Assembly: GCA_001730015.1 (NCBI GenBank)
Contig: MDLA01000168.1
Span: forward strand, 35,741 to 99,740
Direction: 5' to 3'
Length of the DNA stretch: 64,000 nt
Source: Chromatiales bacterium (ex Bugula neritina AB1)
GTDB taxonomy: Bacteria; Pseudomonadota; Gammaproteobacteria; Granulosicoccales; Granulosicoccaceae
Position numbers and translations under genes: made by a program. The notes under the pieces were generated by a model that worked only from the letters and a program-made list of their open reading frames with translations, searched no databases and had not been told where the DNA came from. Below, piece after piece: positions 9,664 through 20,409 of the stretch. Every line of letters begins with the position of its first letter. Positions within the stretch are counted from its first letter, which is position 1.

Positions 9664-10344
9664 TTAATCCAGTCGCGCTAATTTCTTATAGGAAATTGCG
9701 TCATGTAACGATAATTCTGTGGATTGCGAGCCGATAAGCCCTGCCACATCATCTGAAAACTCGGCAACTACCTGACTGTAGGCAGCAACCATCGAAGAAT
9801 AACTGGATTCTCTAACCGGCTGGCGGTACTCGGTAATGCGGGTGTCGATCAGTTTCGGTTTTTTGTCACCGGACAGCAACTGCCAGCGCACCTGTAGAAA
9901 AACATCAGTTTCTATCGATCCGATCATTTGCAATACGTCGATACGAACCTGTAAATCGATCTGACTACCTAACCAGGGATAGGCATAGAGTTTATTTATT
10001 CCCAGGCGCCCGGCAATATTGGTAATCACCACTCGAGACAGGTTCTCCCGCAGTGGCTCACTCCAGCGATGATACTCAGCCACTTCAAGCTGATTACTGT
10101 CGAGCGGGGTGACTATATTCGGGCGATTAAGGGTTTCCGGTATGGTGATCGGACCAATGCCCACGGCCAGATTTGCAAGTTTTTCCTGGTAGACAGATGA
10201 ACCAGGCTGCAGAGGTATTTCAGCGCGTTCAGGGGTGAGCACATAATAATCCGGCAATGGTGTGTTAATGCAACCTGAAACCGTTAACGCCAGAAATAAT
10301 CCGGTTATTAAAAGCAGACCTGGTTTCGTTGTCATTTTACTCAT
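9664..10344 (-). CDS. pqiC: PqiC-like ABC-type transport auxiliary lipoprotein (DUF330)
   Basis: The N-terminus MSKMTTKPGLLLITGLFLALTVSGC is a lipobox. The gene lies immediately downstream of pqiA/pqiB homologs, and its size and position match PqiC. Confidence 0.75.
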   Translation of the reverse strand: MSKMTTKPGLLLITGLFLALTVSGCINTPLPDYYVLTPERAEIPLQPGSSVYQEKLANLAVGIGPITIPETLNRPNIVTPLDSNQLEVAEYHRWSEPLRENLSRVVITNIAGRLGINKLYAYPWLGSQIDLQVRIDVLQMIGSIETDVFLQVRWQLLSGDKKPKLIDTRITEYRQPVRESSYSSMVAAYSQVVAEFSDDVAGLIGSQSTELSLHDAISYKKLARLD

Positions 10345-10442
10345 CGTTTTTTACACACCCGGGCAATACAACTATAGTAGCTCGTGTCGAGCACATCATC
10401 GACCGGTTCTATCCACAACACAATGGGCAACACCGTGGCGAG

Positions 10443-12161
10443 TTACTTGCCGAACAGGAATTCCTCCGGCTTTTTCTCAACCGACTCTGATACTGCGAGT
10501 ACCGCCCGCGCAGCCGCCTGAATATCTTTCAAAGTATTGAGAAGGTTGTAATAGAGCGGTGAATCGGGAGCAATACCTGCCATGGAGGAATCAGCTGTGT
10601 CAGCGAACTCGCGCATTTGCGAGGCCAGTGCAGTTAATTCATCCTGCATACTTTTACCGAGTTTTGTGTACTCAGCAAGCGCGGAATCGGCAGAGCCAAT
10701 TGTGTTATCCAGCCGCTTAGGCAATGCCAGCTGCTCAAATTGCCCCAACAGCACATTAGCCCGGCTGACCGCCGAATTGGCATTCTCAACAAGCTCCTGT
10801 ATCGGCAAGGCATTAACTTTGGCAAGCACCTCCTGCACCCCTTTAGTAACCTGATTCAGATCAGAACCCACACTAGGCATAATCGATACGCCTTTAGAAT
10901 TTTTTGCTAATGGGCCAGTCTGCTCTGCGTCATAGACATCAAGCGAGATAAACAGTTGCCCGGTCACCAGACTACCGGTCTGCAATTTAGCCCTGAGACC
11001 ATTAGCTATATTTTGATTGAAGAACTCGCGATCACTGCCGCTTACCGCCTGGAAATCTCGCACTCTTTCCGGTTGCACAACGATATAAACCGGCACAGCG
11101 ACCGATTGACTGGCGGCATCGTAAGTGAGCTTAATATCGGTTACCCGCCCGATTTGCACCCCCTTAAATTCAACCGGCGCGTCGCGCGCCAGACCACGGA
11201 CCGATTCATCAAAATAAATAACGTAGCGGTACCCGTCACTGACATCCTGAATCATCGTTTCATTGGCGGATTCTTTGGAGTCGTGCAGGATAAAGACATG
11301 GCCATCTTTTACACTCCTCGGAAATTCAAATTCTTCAATAAGATCGAATGACACCCCACCCTGGGCCAGACCTTCAAGCGATGGACTACGCACTTTAAAG
11401 CCCCTTGAGTTCACTGTTAGATCAACCCCGCTGACATTCCAGAATTTCGTCGTATTGCGGATTATCTTGTGGTGCGGTGCTTCAATGAATATTGTGAACT
11501 CCACTCCGTCGTAGTTATCCTGAAATCGCTGAGCTTCAATCTGCCCGACCTTTACCTGCCTGAAATAGACTGGCGATCCGACACCAACGTATCCCGCCCG
11601 TTTGGCCCGTAACTTCAGGCGCAGACCCGGTGCATCTTCATCGGTTAGCGGGGGCTCCTCAAGGCCTGAAAATGAATATTCCGCTTCCCCGCCCAATATA
11701 GAATTCACCTGAATATACGCACCGGACAGCAACGTACCCAGCCCGGAAACACCACTGGTTCCAACTCGTGGCCGCACTACCCAGAAACGTGCATGCTCAT
11801 TGAGATAGCGTTTTGAATCCACCGTCATCCTGGCGGTCACGATCACCGACTCCAGATTGCTGCTCAGGCGTATTTCCTCCACTACACCGATATTGACATC
11901 ACGATAACGAATAGGCGTCTTACCAGCTACCAGTCCCTCAGCACTTGCAAACTGTATTTCGATCTCTGGCCCTTGCTTCTGATAGAAAGTGAACACCAGA
12001 TACAAACCCAATAGTGCTGCCAGCAACGGTGCCAGCCAGAACAGAGAGATAGTTTGCCGTCGTTTAGGGAGCTCAATCCTGGGGGCGGCCGCTTCCACAT
12101 CGTAACTGCGCTGACGCATGCCTGGCGATGCATGTCTCGATCGTCTGAAACGTTCAGTCAC
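10443..12161 (-). CDS. pqiB: PqiB-like intermembrane transport protein (multiple MCE domains)
   Basis: The 572-aa protein has an N-terminal TM segment (ISLFWLAPLLAALLGLYLVF). Repeated MCE-type blocks include GLVAGKTPIRYRDVNIGVVEEI, GVGSPVYFRQVKVGQIEA and APVEFKGVQIGRVTDI. It follows two pqiA-type genes. Confidence 0.85.
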   Translation of the reverse strand: MTERFRRSRHASPGMRQRSYDVEAAAPRIELPKRRQTISLFWLAPLLAALLGLYLVFTFYQKQGPEIEIQFASAEGLVAGKTPIRYRDVNIGVVEEIRLSSNLESVIVTARMTVDSKRYLNEHARFWVVRPRVGTSGVSGLGTLLSGAYIQVNSILGGEAEYSFSGLEEPPLTDEDAPGLRLKLRAKRAGYVGVGSPVYFRQVKVGQIEAQRFQDNYDGVEFTIFIEAPHHKIIRNTTKFWNVSGVDLTVNSRGFKVRSPSLEGLAQGGVSFDLIEEFEFPRSVKDGHVFILHDSKESANETMIQDVSDGYRYVIYFDESVRGLARDAPVEFKGVQIGRVTDIKLTYDAASQSVAVPVYIVVQPERVRDFQAVSGSDREFFNQNIANGLRAKLQTGSLVTGQLFISLDVYDAEQTGPLAKNSKGVSIMPSVGSDLNQVTKGVQEVLAKVNALPIQELVENANSAVSRANVLLGQFEQLALPKRLDNTIGSADSALAEYTKLGKSMQDELTALASQMREFADTADSSMAGIAPDSPLYYNLLNTLKDIQAAARAVLAVSESVEKKPEEFLFGK

Positions 12162-12166
12162 CTTAT

Positions 12167-12772
12167 TCAGTCCCAGATCAAACGTGAGTCGAGCGAGATG
12201 GCGGAGATCATGGTGAAAATAACAGCAGCACCAAATGCTGTGGCACCGACCCCGGGTTCAATCTGAGCCACGGATCCTATTTGCACCAGCGCAGCCAGGA
12301 TCGCCACCACAAAAACATCAATCATCGACCAACGACCAATGAACTCGGTCAGGCGAAACAAGCGGGCACGATCGTATTGTCTGTGTCGATATTTACCCTG
12401 TATTGAAATCAATAAATAGCCAACCGCAAAAAATTTTAAAACAGGTACCACCACACTCGCGACAAAAACAACTATCGCGACGGGATACGACTCAAGCTCC
12501 AGTAACACCAGAATTCCCCCGATAATGGTGTTTGGTTCTGACGACCCGAACACCGAGGTATACATAATCGGATAAATATTCGCCGGAATATAAGCCAGTA
12601 ATCCAGCCAACAACCATGCCCATGAACGCTGCAGACTCATCGGTTTACGGGAATGCAATCGCGCATAGCACAATTGGCAACGAGGCGGAGCCTTCAGCCC
12701 TTCGGCAGACAGCCGCGTTATTGTGCCGCAAGCGGGGCATGCCACCAGACCACATTCAGCCGCTGTCTTCAT
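12167..12772 (-). CDS. pqiA: paraquat-inducible protein A family membrane protein (second half-size PqiA)
   Basis: An N-terminal CxxC...CxxC zinc-ribbon-like motif (CPACGT...CQLCYARL) is followed by four TM segments. Its start overlaps the stop of the upstream pqiA-like ORF in an ATGA overlap. Confidence 0.8.
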   Translation of the reverse strand: MKTAAECGLVACPACGTITRLSAEGLKAPPRCQLCYARLHSRKPMSLQRSWAWLLAGLLAYIPANIYPIMYTSVFGSSEPNTIIGGILVLLELESYPVAIVVFVASVVVPVLKFFAVGYLLISIQGKYRHRQYDRARLFRLTEFIGRWSMIDVFVVAILAALVQIGSVAQIEPGVGATAFGAAVIFTMISAISLDSRLIWD

Positions 12773-13482
12773 GATCGACCACGATCAACCGGACCATTGC
12801 TATCTGCACTCAATATCGCCAGCCTGCCACCTCGAGAGTGGCTGATAAACTCCCACAGCGAGTGGCTATCGACCATCTGCGCTGCTAAAGCGGCAAGAAT
12901 GTTGAGCAGCGCGAACGCCCAGAACGATAGACCAAGAACTATGTTTGCCATCGACGCCAGCTTCACTAATGCCACTATCGCGCCGAGTAAATAGATTTCC
13001 ATCATGCTCCACGGTGACAGGGTCACAATACCGCGGAATACCAGCTCCAGCCCGGGCAGACGTTTATCGAATCGCAGCGGCACCAGCAGGTACATCAAAC
13101 CAACCAAACGCAGCAGTGGAATAAGAATAATAAAACAGAAGCACAGTATGCCAAGCACCCACATGCCTTCATCTGACAAAGCAAACACAGCAGAAATTAT
13201 CGAGATACTCTGCGCATTGCCAGACACTGAAATAGTCAGAAAAGGAAAAGAGTTCGCCACGACAAACATGATCAGCGCTGCAACACTCACTGCCAGCGCA
13301 CGATCAATGCTGTTTTGCCTGTTGGAATATAAAAACGCATTGCACCGAACACACCGCGCCACGGAACCGACACCCAAGGCACGCTTTTCATGCAGCAAGT
13401 CACACTCGTGACAGGCGACAAGCGATAACAACAGGGTGTCAACTTGCCTGCGCGCAGTCGCCGGTTGGGATGAATCAGACAT
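12769..13482 (-). CDS. pqiA: paraquat-inducible protein A family membrane protein (first half-size PqiA)
   Basis: The motif CHECDLL...CVRCNAFLY is followed by TM segments. It is the first gene of a pqiA-pqiA'-pqiB-pqiC operon arrangement. Confidence 0.8.
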   Translation of the reverse strand: MSDSSQPATARRQVDTLLLSLVACHECDLLHEKRALGVGSVARCVRCNAFLYSNRQNSIDRALAVSVAALIMFVVANSFPFLTISVSGNAQSISIISAVFALSDEGMWVLGILCFCFIILIPLLRLVGLMYLLVPLRFDKRLPGLELVFRGIVTLSPWSMMEIYLLGAIVALVKLASMANIVLGLSFWAFALLNILAALAAQMVDSHSLWEFISHSRGGRLAILSADSNGPVDRGRS

Positions 13483-13592
13483 TGTCGAGCATGTTGACGG
13501 GATAAATGCACTTTACGTGAGCATGAATTTCAAGCCGGGTTTTTCTCACACACAACAGCAAACCGGATTTAGATATCAGGGATAAAATCCAC

Positions 13593-13617
13593 CGATTTCA
13601 CAAAAGTGGCAAGAACG
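13593..13617 (-). terminator. possible intrinsic terminator after trmB
   Basis: The stem AAAGTGGC / GCCACTTT (8 bp, 9-nt loop) lies about 100 nt downstream of the trmB stop. On the minus strand it is followed by TTTTGTG. Confidence 0.35.
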
Positions 13618-13721
13618 CGGCCACTTTCCTGTCGTCTGCCCCTCAGTTTACGTTGTGAGTTGCTGAACACACACCACTGCATACCTGCTGAAGACCAGAA
13701 AATCAGCGTCCGGTTTGTCAG

Positions 13722-14408
13722 TTACGCTTTTATGTACGCCAGATCAAATACCTCGTGCCCCAGTCGGCGGCCACGCTGTTCGAACTTAGTGGTTGGCCTG
13801 CTGGCGGTGATGCTTGAAAGCTGAGGCTCATCAACAATCTGCCTGAAGCCATTACACAGCGATAATGCCTGTTCCATATGATGCGCATAAGAATGCCAGT
13901 CAGTCGCCATATGCAAAATACCGTCATCAGCCAGCAACGGATACAGGTGGCCCAGAAATTCGGCATTCACAATGCGCCGTTTATGATGACGTTTCTTGTG
14001 CCAGGGGTCCGGGAAAAACAATGACAGACGATCAATGCTGGCTGCTTCGATATACTTTTCTAGTAGTTCCAGCGCGTCATAGCGAATCAGACGGACATTC
14101 GTCAGCTCGCGCTCGACAATTTCGACAAGTGCGTGTCCCACGCCGGGCAAATGCACCTCAACACCGAGAAAATTAATTTCAGGTTGTGCCTGTGCCATCT
14201 GGGCGAGGGCTTCGCCATTGCCGAAGCCGATTTCCATCCAGACAGGCGCCGTACGCGAAAAGCAGCTCGACAGATCGAATTTGCTTTTTCCAACGTCCAG
14301 TCCGAATTTGCTCCAGTGCAAATCCAGACTCCGCTGCTGTCCTTCGGTCAACCTGCCCTGGCGCAGAACGAAGGTTCGAATAGAACGTGTACTAAGTGTG
14401 ATTCCCAT
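13722..14408 (-). CDS. trmB: tRNA (guanine46-N7)-methyltransferase
   Basis: The blocks EIGFGNGE, FFPDPWHKKRHHKRR and the C-terminal TKFEQRGRRLGH are canonical TrmB motifs. Confidence 0.9.
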   Translation of the reverse strand: MGITLSTRSIRTFVLRQGRLTEGQQRSLDLHWSKFGLDVGKSKFDLSSCFSRTAPVWMEIGFGNGEALAQMAQAQPEINFLGVEVHLPGVGHALVEIVERELTNVRLIRYDALELLEKYIEAASIDRLSLFFPDPWHKKRHHKRRIVNAEFLGHLYPLLADDGILHMATDWHSYAHHMEQALSLCNGFRQIVDEPQLSSITASRPTTKFEQRGRRLGHEVFDLAYIKA

Positions 14409-14945
14409 AGAGCGCGTGCTGGTAACGAAGTCGGTTTATACGGTATCTGTTGCAGTTTACGTGGAAGTCCGGTGCACTTAAACGGTTTCGTTAATTACTG
14501 ATAATACTCTGCCCGGCACCGCGGCCCGGACAGAGCTTAACGCAGGAGCAATTAGTTTTCTTTCTGCAACAATGCAGATATGGCGATAACCCCTGATCAA
14601 CTATATACTGGTCTCAGTGCAGGTATAAATGTCCCTCGACAATCTCTTCCCGCCAGTTTTACATCTCCGATTTACACTTAAAACGATTAATTGATCAGTT
14701 TAATGTGAATCGATTTTTGCACCACAGTTATATCCAGCTCCAAAGTCATTACATTGGCACCGCAGCTCCTGCCGGAGACTAACGCCTGCCTTTGCTTACA
14801 GAAGAGCGCACCAGTCAGAAACACAACAGGTAAATTTTCCCACGTTTATCTGTTGTACACCGTGGCAATGCCGTTGCTCGATACACAGAAATCGGTTCTG
14901 GAATCGAACGGGCAGAAAACAACGAGGTCAGATAGCCCGAACACT

Positions 14946-16808
14946 ATGAATGAAGCCAGCACACTCACCTCGGAAATTATACTTGTGTTGGGCTTGCTTT
15001 CATTTACCGTCTATCTGTTTGTTTCTGAAATTGTCCGGATCGATGTAGCCGCCGTCACTATCATGGTGTTGCTCGGTCTGACCACCATGATCCCCGGCCT
15101 CGATCCGGTCATTAACTCCACCGAATTATTCGACGGATTCTCAAGTAACGCGGTGATGTCAATCATTGCAGTCATGATTATTGGCGCGGGGCTCGATAAA
15201 ACCGGCATCATGAGCCGGGTAGCGAACTGGATTTTAAAAAAAGGGGGCTCGACTGAAGCACGTGTTACCCCGTTAATTTCGGGAACCGTGGGCATCATTT
15301 CCAGCTTCATGCAGAACGTCGGCGCAGCTGCACTGTTTTTACCTGTTGTTAGCCGGATCAGCCGTCGCACCAGCATTCCCATGTCTCGAATGCTGATGCC
15401 GATGGGATTTTGTGCGATTCTCGGCGGCACAGTTACCATGGTCGGCTCAAGCCCGCTCATTCTTTTAAACGATCTACTGCTATCGTCAAATAAAGCGCTG
15501 CCGAAAGAATATCAGATGGACACATTCGGTCTGTTTGATGTCACGCCCATTGGACTCACACTGATGGTCACCGGCATCTTGTACTTTGTACTATTTGGAC
15601 GCTGGATACTGCCCAATATCAAGGGCGAAAAGCAAAAAGAAACTACCACGCGAACAGCCGATTACTTTCAGCGTGTCTATGGTATTACCGGTGAGCTATT
15701 CGAGCTCCAGGCCACCATTGACAGCCCGCTGGTCGGCATGACTATCATGCAGATTGAGCGCACGCTGGAAAACGTGCCTTTTGTGCTGGCCGTACGTAAC
15801 GCTGATGATGTAACTGTTGTGCCGGACGGTAAAGAAGTTATCTGGGTGAACAGCTATATTGGGGTACTCAGCAACAAGCGCCAGCTGGTAAAATTCGCCC
15901 GGCAATACAAGCTGCGTATCGTGAAAAGTGAAAACCACTTTTCCAGTGTGATGAATGCGCAGGAAACCGGTATCGCCGAAATCGTCATTCCTCCCGGCTC
16001 AAGTCTGGTCGGGCAAAGTCTCAACGATCTGCAGCTTCGCCGCAACGACGGTCTCCATATTCTGCGTATTTATCGAGCTGGCTATACCCTCGACAAATCA
16101 ATCCGCGATGAGCCCCTGCAGGGTGGTGATACGCTCGTTGTGCATACTTCGTGGAGGAATCTGAAAAAACTCCGCAACAATGAAAATTATGCCGTTGTTA
16201 CCGACCATGTCGACGAAGAACTGCGACCGAATAAAATCCGCCCGGCACTGATTTTCTTCGCAATAGCGCTGTCACTGGTGCTGTTCTCCGAACTGCGTCT
16301 ATCTGTGTCGCTGCTGGTTGGTGCGGTGGGAATGATACTGACCGGCGTGCTGACAATGGACGAGGCGTATCGCGCAGTCAGCTGGAAAACTGTCTTTCTG
16401 CTGGCCAGCCTGATCCCCCTTGGCCTGGCCGTTGAAAAATCCGGCGCCGCAGCATGGATTGCAGCACAGACTCTATTAGTTCTGGGAGATGTTCCAATAT
16501 GGCTGCTGCAAACGGTAATAGCTGTGCTGTCGACCATGTTCACGCTGGTAATGTCGAATATCGGCGCCACGGTTCTACTCGTGCCACTGGCGGTTAATAT
16601 AGCTGTCGGCGCTGGCGCTGATCCAGCCATCTTTGCCCTGACAGTCGCAATCGCTACTTCTAACTCGTTTATTATTCCAACCCATCAGGTCAATGCGCTG
16701 ATCATGGGGCCGGCGGGTTATCGTGTGATCGATTTCATGCGCGCCGGCACCTTTATGACAATTCTATTCCTGATTGTCAGTCTGTTTATGATCAACCTGG
16801 TCTTCTAG
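14946..16808 (+). CDS. SLC13/DASS-family anion permease with two central TrkA-C (RCK_C) domains
   Basis: About 10 TM segments flank two RCK_C-like blocks (SPLVGMTIMQIE...AVRNADDVTVVPDGKEVI and SSLVGQSLNDLQLRRNDGLHILRIYR...PLQGGDTLVVH). The start was set at ATG 14946 (MNEASTLTSEIILVLGLL); the track start at 14754 looks too long. Confidence 0.8.
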   Translation: MNEASTLTSEIILVLGLLSFTVYLFVSEIVRIDVAAVTIMVLLGLTTMIPGLDPVINSTELFDGFSSNAVMSIIAVMIIGAGLDKTGIMSRVANWILKKGGSTEARVTPLISGTVGIISSFMQNVGAAALFLPVVSRISRRTSIPMSRMLMPMGFCAILGGTVTMVGSSPLILLNDLLLSSNKALPKEYQMDTFGLFDVTPIGLTLMVTGILYFVLFGRWILPNIKGEKQKETTTRTADYFQRVYGITGELFELQATIDSPLVGMTIMQIERTLENVPFVLAVRNADDVTVVPDGKEVIWVNSYIGVLSNKRQLVKFARQYKLRIVKSENHFSSVMNAQETGIAEIVIPPGSSLVGQSLNDLQLRRNDGLHILRIYRAGYTLDKSIRDEPLQGGDTLVVHTSWRNLKKLRNNENYAVVTDHVDEELRPNKIRPALIFFAIALSLVLFSELRLSVSLLVGAVGMILTGVLTMDEAYRAVSWKTVFLLASLIPLGLAVEKSGAAAWIAAQTLLVLGDVPIWLLQTVIAVLSTMFTLVMSNIGATVLLVPLAVNIAVGAGADPAIFALTVAIATSNSFIIPTHQVNALIMGPAGYRVIDFMRAGTFMTILFLIVSLFMINLVF

Positions 16809-16880
16809 GCTTGCTTCGACCGTCATTCCCGGACAAACTCCTGGTCAAAGATTGAATCTATACCCTGCAGCAGATAATTC

Positions 16881-17924
16881 ATGCAATACAGGCAACTTGG
16901 AAACAGCCCTTTAAAGGTAAGCCAGATCTGCCTGGGCACCATGACATTCGGTTCCCGGAATACAGAGGCACAAGCCCATAGCCAGCTCGATCTGGCAACT
17001 GAGCGTGGTGTGAACTTTATAGATACCGCCGAACTCTACCCGGCACCGGCCAGTGCTGAAACCTGGAGCCGCACTGAAACCATCATAGGAAACTGGTTAC
17101 AGCATAAGAATCGTGATTCGATAATTCTCGGCAGCAAAGTGGTTGGTCCGGCTCCGAGAAAATGGATCGGCTATATACGCAACGGCCCGCAACTGAATCG
17201 CAACCAGATTGAACAGGCGCTCAATGACAGCCTGCGCCGTTTGCAAACTGACTATCTCGATCTGTATCAAATCCACTGGCCGGCCCGACACACGAATTAC
17301 TTTGGCAAACTGGGCTACGAGTATGGAAAGGACAAGCACGACTCTCCGATAGAAGAGACGGTTGAAATACTATCGAAACTTATAGCAAGCGGAAAGATCC
17401 GCTACGCTGGTGTATCGAATGAGACTCCCTGGGGTGTTCATACCTACCTGAGCGCCGCAGAGCGATTATCTGCACCAGCAATATCCAGTGTGCAGAATCC
17501 GTATTGCCTACTGAATCGCAGCTACGAAATAGGACTTGCAGAATTTGCCCACCGATCCGGACTGGGCCTGCTGGCCTACTCACCGCTGGCCGGCGGGTCG
17601 CTCACGGGCAAGTATCTCAGTGAAACACCGCCCGCCAACGCCAGACTGACCCTGCACCGGAATTATTTCTATCGATACACAACCGAACGCGCTGTTGCAG
17701 CAATTAAGGAATACGTAGCTGTCGCTGCAAATCACCATATAGATCCAGCGACGATGGCACTGGCTTTTGTCAATCAACAGCCTTTTGTCACATCGACCAT
17801 TGTAGGCGCCACTACACTAGAGCAACTTCAATCAAATATCGACAGTGTGACAACCGTTCTCGATGATGCATTAATCAAGGAGATAAACGAAGTCCATCAA
17901 CGCTACCCCAACCCGTGCCCGTGA
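16881..17924 (+). CDS. tas: NADP(H)-dependent aldo/keto reductase, Tas-like
   Basis: The protein is near-colinear with E. coli Tas as I recall it. Shared blocks are MQYRQLGNSPLKVSQICLGTMTFG, LQTDYLDLYQIHWP, GKIRYAGVSNET and QNPYCLLNRSYEIGLAE. Confidence 0.9.
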   Translation: MQYRQLGNSPLKVSQICLGTMTFGSRNTEAQAHSQLDLATERGVNFIDTAELYPAPASAETWSRTETIIGNWLQHKNRDSIILGSKVVGPAPRKWIGYIRNGPQLNRNQIEQALNDSLRRLQTDYLDLYQIHWPARHTNYFGKLGYEYGKDKHDSPIEETVEILSKLIASGKIRYAGVSNETPWGVHTYLSAAERLSAPAISSVQNPYCLLNRSYEIGLAEFAHRSGLGLLAYSPLAGGSLTGKYLSETPPANARLTLHRNYFYRYTTERAVAAIKEYVAVAANHHIDPATMALAFVNQQPFVTSTIVGATTLEQLQSNIDSVTTVLDDALIKEINEVHQRYPNPCP

Positions 17925-18694
17925 TTTCGCTCATCGATACGCACGTGCATTTCGACAGCAATCGTTTCGATCACGACCGCGACACCATATACCAGCGCGC
18001 AAAGGCGAACGGCATTGACATGATGATTGTGCCCGCAATAAGCAGAGCACAATGGCCTGGCGTAACCACTGTAGCGCGCAATTACCCCGGTGTTTTCGCC
18101 TGTTACGGCCTGCACCCGATGTTCACTCGCGAGCACACGACAACGGATCTGACTCTACTTGAAGAGAAAATTTCTCAAAACCCGTGCGTTGCCATTGGTG
18201 AATGCGGACTGGACGGATCATCCGATCAGGCAGCAATGAATCAGCAGCTTTTCTATTTCAGCGCACAGTTGCAAATTGCCAGAGACTACAACTTACCTGT
18301 AATCGTACACGCCAGAGCTGCTGTTGAAGCCGTCATTCTAGAACTGCGCAAAAACGGACCCGACAAAGGCGTAGTACACAGTTACAATGGTAGCCTGCAG
18401 CAGGCACACCGACTGATCGATCTCGGGTACTACCTGAGCTTCGGCGGGCCGATCACCTATAACCGTGCGAGCAAACTACACACATTGATCAGGCAATTAC
18501 CTCTGGATCGGATAATGATTGAAACCGATGCTCCGGATCAGGTCGGTTCGGCGCATTATGGCAATCGCAATGAACCCTGCTATCTTCCCGAAGTGCTTAC
18601 TGCGGTTGCGAATCTTCGCAATGAGAATGAAGTAACGATAGCCCGGGCCAGTAATCGAAACGCGTGTGAATTATTCGGATTACCCGACATATAG
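17915..18694 (+). CDS. TatD-family metal-dependent hydrolase
   Basis: The blocks LIDTHVHF, IGECGLD, PVIVHARAA, VVHSY and ETDAP are TatD/YjjV metal-ligand motifs. The GTG start (17915 or 17921) overlaps the tas stop. Confidence 0.85.
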   Translation: MPVISLIDTHVHFDSNRFDHDRDTIYQRAKANGIDMMIVPAISRAQWPGVTTVARNYPGVFACYGLHPMFTREHTTTDLTLLEEKISQNPCVAIGECGLDGSSDQAAMNQQLFYFSAQLQIARDYNLPVIVHARAAVEAVILELRKNGPDKGVVHSYNGSLQQAHRLIDLGYYLSFGGPITYNRASKLHTLIRQLPLDRIMIETDAPDQVGSAHYGNRNEPCYLPEVLTAVANLRNENEVTIARASNRNACELFGLPDI

Positions 18695-18735
18695 ACGGTA
18701 AACGTAAAAGACCGTGAAACAACTGCGGATACGCG

Positions 18736-19488
18736 CTAATAAGGAAACCGGTCTGGCACATACAAGCTTTCCATTTCCTTTTCAATCCACGCGCTGGCTT
18801 CCTGCAGCACTTCTTCCGCGTCTCTACCTGCTGTTTTAATCGGAGGACCGATTGAAATAGTTATTGTACCCGGCCATTTAAGAAAACTGTGTCGCGGCCA
18901 GAACTCCCCGGCATTATGTGCCACCGGAAGTACCGGTGTACCGGTTTTGACAGCGATCACCGCACCGCCTTTTTTATAAGCAGGTGCTGCACCCAGAGCG
19001 GTTCGTGTACCTTCGGGAAAAATAGTAATTGAAAAACCGTTTGCTACCTTTTTGCGTGCCTGGTCGATCAATTGCGCCATTACCCGTCGGCCTGCTGATC
19101 GATTGATATAAATGTAGTCGAGCGCGGCAAACGCCCAGCCGAAACAGGGGATCCAGAGGAGTTCGCGCTTTGCTACGTAAACCGAATGGGGGAAAAACAG
19201 TTTCAAGGCAAACGTTTCCCAGGTCGATTGATGCTTGGCAAAGATTATTGCAGGCTCTAAGGCCGCATGCTCCCCGCCCTTAACCTCATAGTCCATTTTG
19301 CAGGTAACCTTCAGCCACCAGATTATAAATCGCACCCAGAGATTCACAATGTCGTAGCGTTTGCGCAAAGGCAGCACCACCGATAACAATACCGGCAACC
19401 AGTAAACCCCTATTGACAACGCAAAAACAATCCAGAACAACAACGAACGCAGGTACAGCACCGGGCGTGGCGGTAGTGTGTTTGTCAT
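18736..19488 (-). CDS. plsC: 1-acyl-sn-glycerol-3-phosphate (lysophospholipid) acyltransferase
   Basis: FAKHQSTWETF (the HX4E/D acyltransferase block) and FPEGTR are present. Its position next to gmhB-glyS-glyQ matches Pseudomonas. ATG 19488 is preferred over the GTG at 19542. Confidence 0.8.
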   Translation of the reverse strand: MTNTLPPRPVLYLRSLLFWIVFALSIGVYWLPVLLSVVLPLRKRYDIVNLWVRFIIWWLKVTCKMDYEVKGGEHAALEPAIIFAKHQSTWETFALKLFFPHSVYVAKRELLWIPCFGWAFAALDYIYINRSAGRRVMAQLIDQARKKVANGFSITIFPEGTRTALGAAPAYKKGGAVIAVKTGTPVLPVAHNAGEFWPRHSFLKWPGTITISIGPPIKTAGRDAEEVLQEASAWIEKEMESLYVPDRFPY

Positions 19489-19794
19489 TGGGTCACTTAA
19501 GGGAACTTTGGAAGTGTCTAATATTTTCAAGAGCCTGATCACATGACAAACGCATCTGGTTTCTACGGCAACGGTTCAACTGCAATGCCCGGTTTTGTTT
19601 CTGCTCGAAAGCGGAGCACAGGTATCGGAAGGTTTACCAGCGTAAAACGTTATGAGGTTTCAGTTTGTCGCAGAGAAATGTAATTGAGAAATGCAATAGT
19701 TTGCGAAACTATAAGCTAAAAACGATGGCAGAAGGATCAAAGGTCTCCTGAGCTTTCGTGTTGGTATAAGTGCATGACTCAATCAGTTTGTTTT

Positions 19795-20337
19795 TCAATC
19801 GCTGTCAGCCAGCAGTTCATCGACGAACGACGCCAGATCGTCATGTACCTCAATGTTCTCAAGGTGCCTGTTTTCCTCCAGCGTGCGGCTACCATGGCCG
19901 GTTCGAACCAGAACCGGTGTCGCTCCAACCACCATGGCAGACTGCACATCCCGCAGGGAATCACCAACTAGCGGTACTCCGGCAAGTTCGATATCCAGCC
20001 GCTGCATCACACTGTGCAACATACCAGGGCGGGGTTTCCGGCAATTGCAGTCGTCATCGGGTTTGTGCGGGCAAATAAACACAGCGTCAATGCGGCCGCC
20101 GCTTGCCGCCACCGCCTGATGCATGCGTTCATGAATGGCATGTAGTTCCTCAAGCGTTACCAGACCACGTGCGATTCCGCTTTGATTTGTTACCACCACA
20201 ACTCGATAGTCCGCCTGACACAATCGAGCGATAGCATCAATGCTGCCTTCTATCGGCAGCCATTCAGCTTCGGAACGGATATATCCATCCGATTCCTCGT
20301 TGATGACACCGTCTCTGTCAAGCAACACCAGTTTCAT
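19795..20337 (-). CDS. gmhB: D-glycero-beta-D-manno-heptose-1,7-bisphosphate 7-phosphatase
   Basis: The HAD motif LDRDGVIN, the Zn-binding CPHKPDDDCNCRKPRPGM and the block VGDSLRD are present. Confidence 0.9.
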   Translation of the reverse strand: MKLVLLDRDGVINEESDGYIRSEAEWLPIEGSIDAIARLCQADYRVVVVTNQSGIARGLVTLEELHAIHERMHQAVAASGGRIDAVFICPHKPDDDCNCRKPRPGMLHSVMQRLDIELAGVPLVGDSLRDVQSAMVVGATPVLVRTGHGSRTLEENRHLENIEVHDDLASFVDELLADSD

Positions 20338-20409
20338 CAGTTAGTCACACCTGCTCTGATCGTTCATCTCTGCCCAATTGATTCTATATTGCGCCCGCGC
20401 TGCTAAATA

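Noticed and set aside
12167-13482. pqiA split into two ORFs as a possible frameshifted pseudogene
   Set aside because: Each half has its own Cys-rich N-terminus and a full set of TM segments. The junction is a clean ATGA overlap. Two half-size PqiA genes are a common native arrangement outside Enterobacteria.
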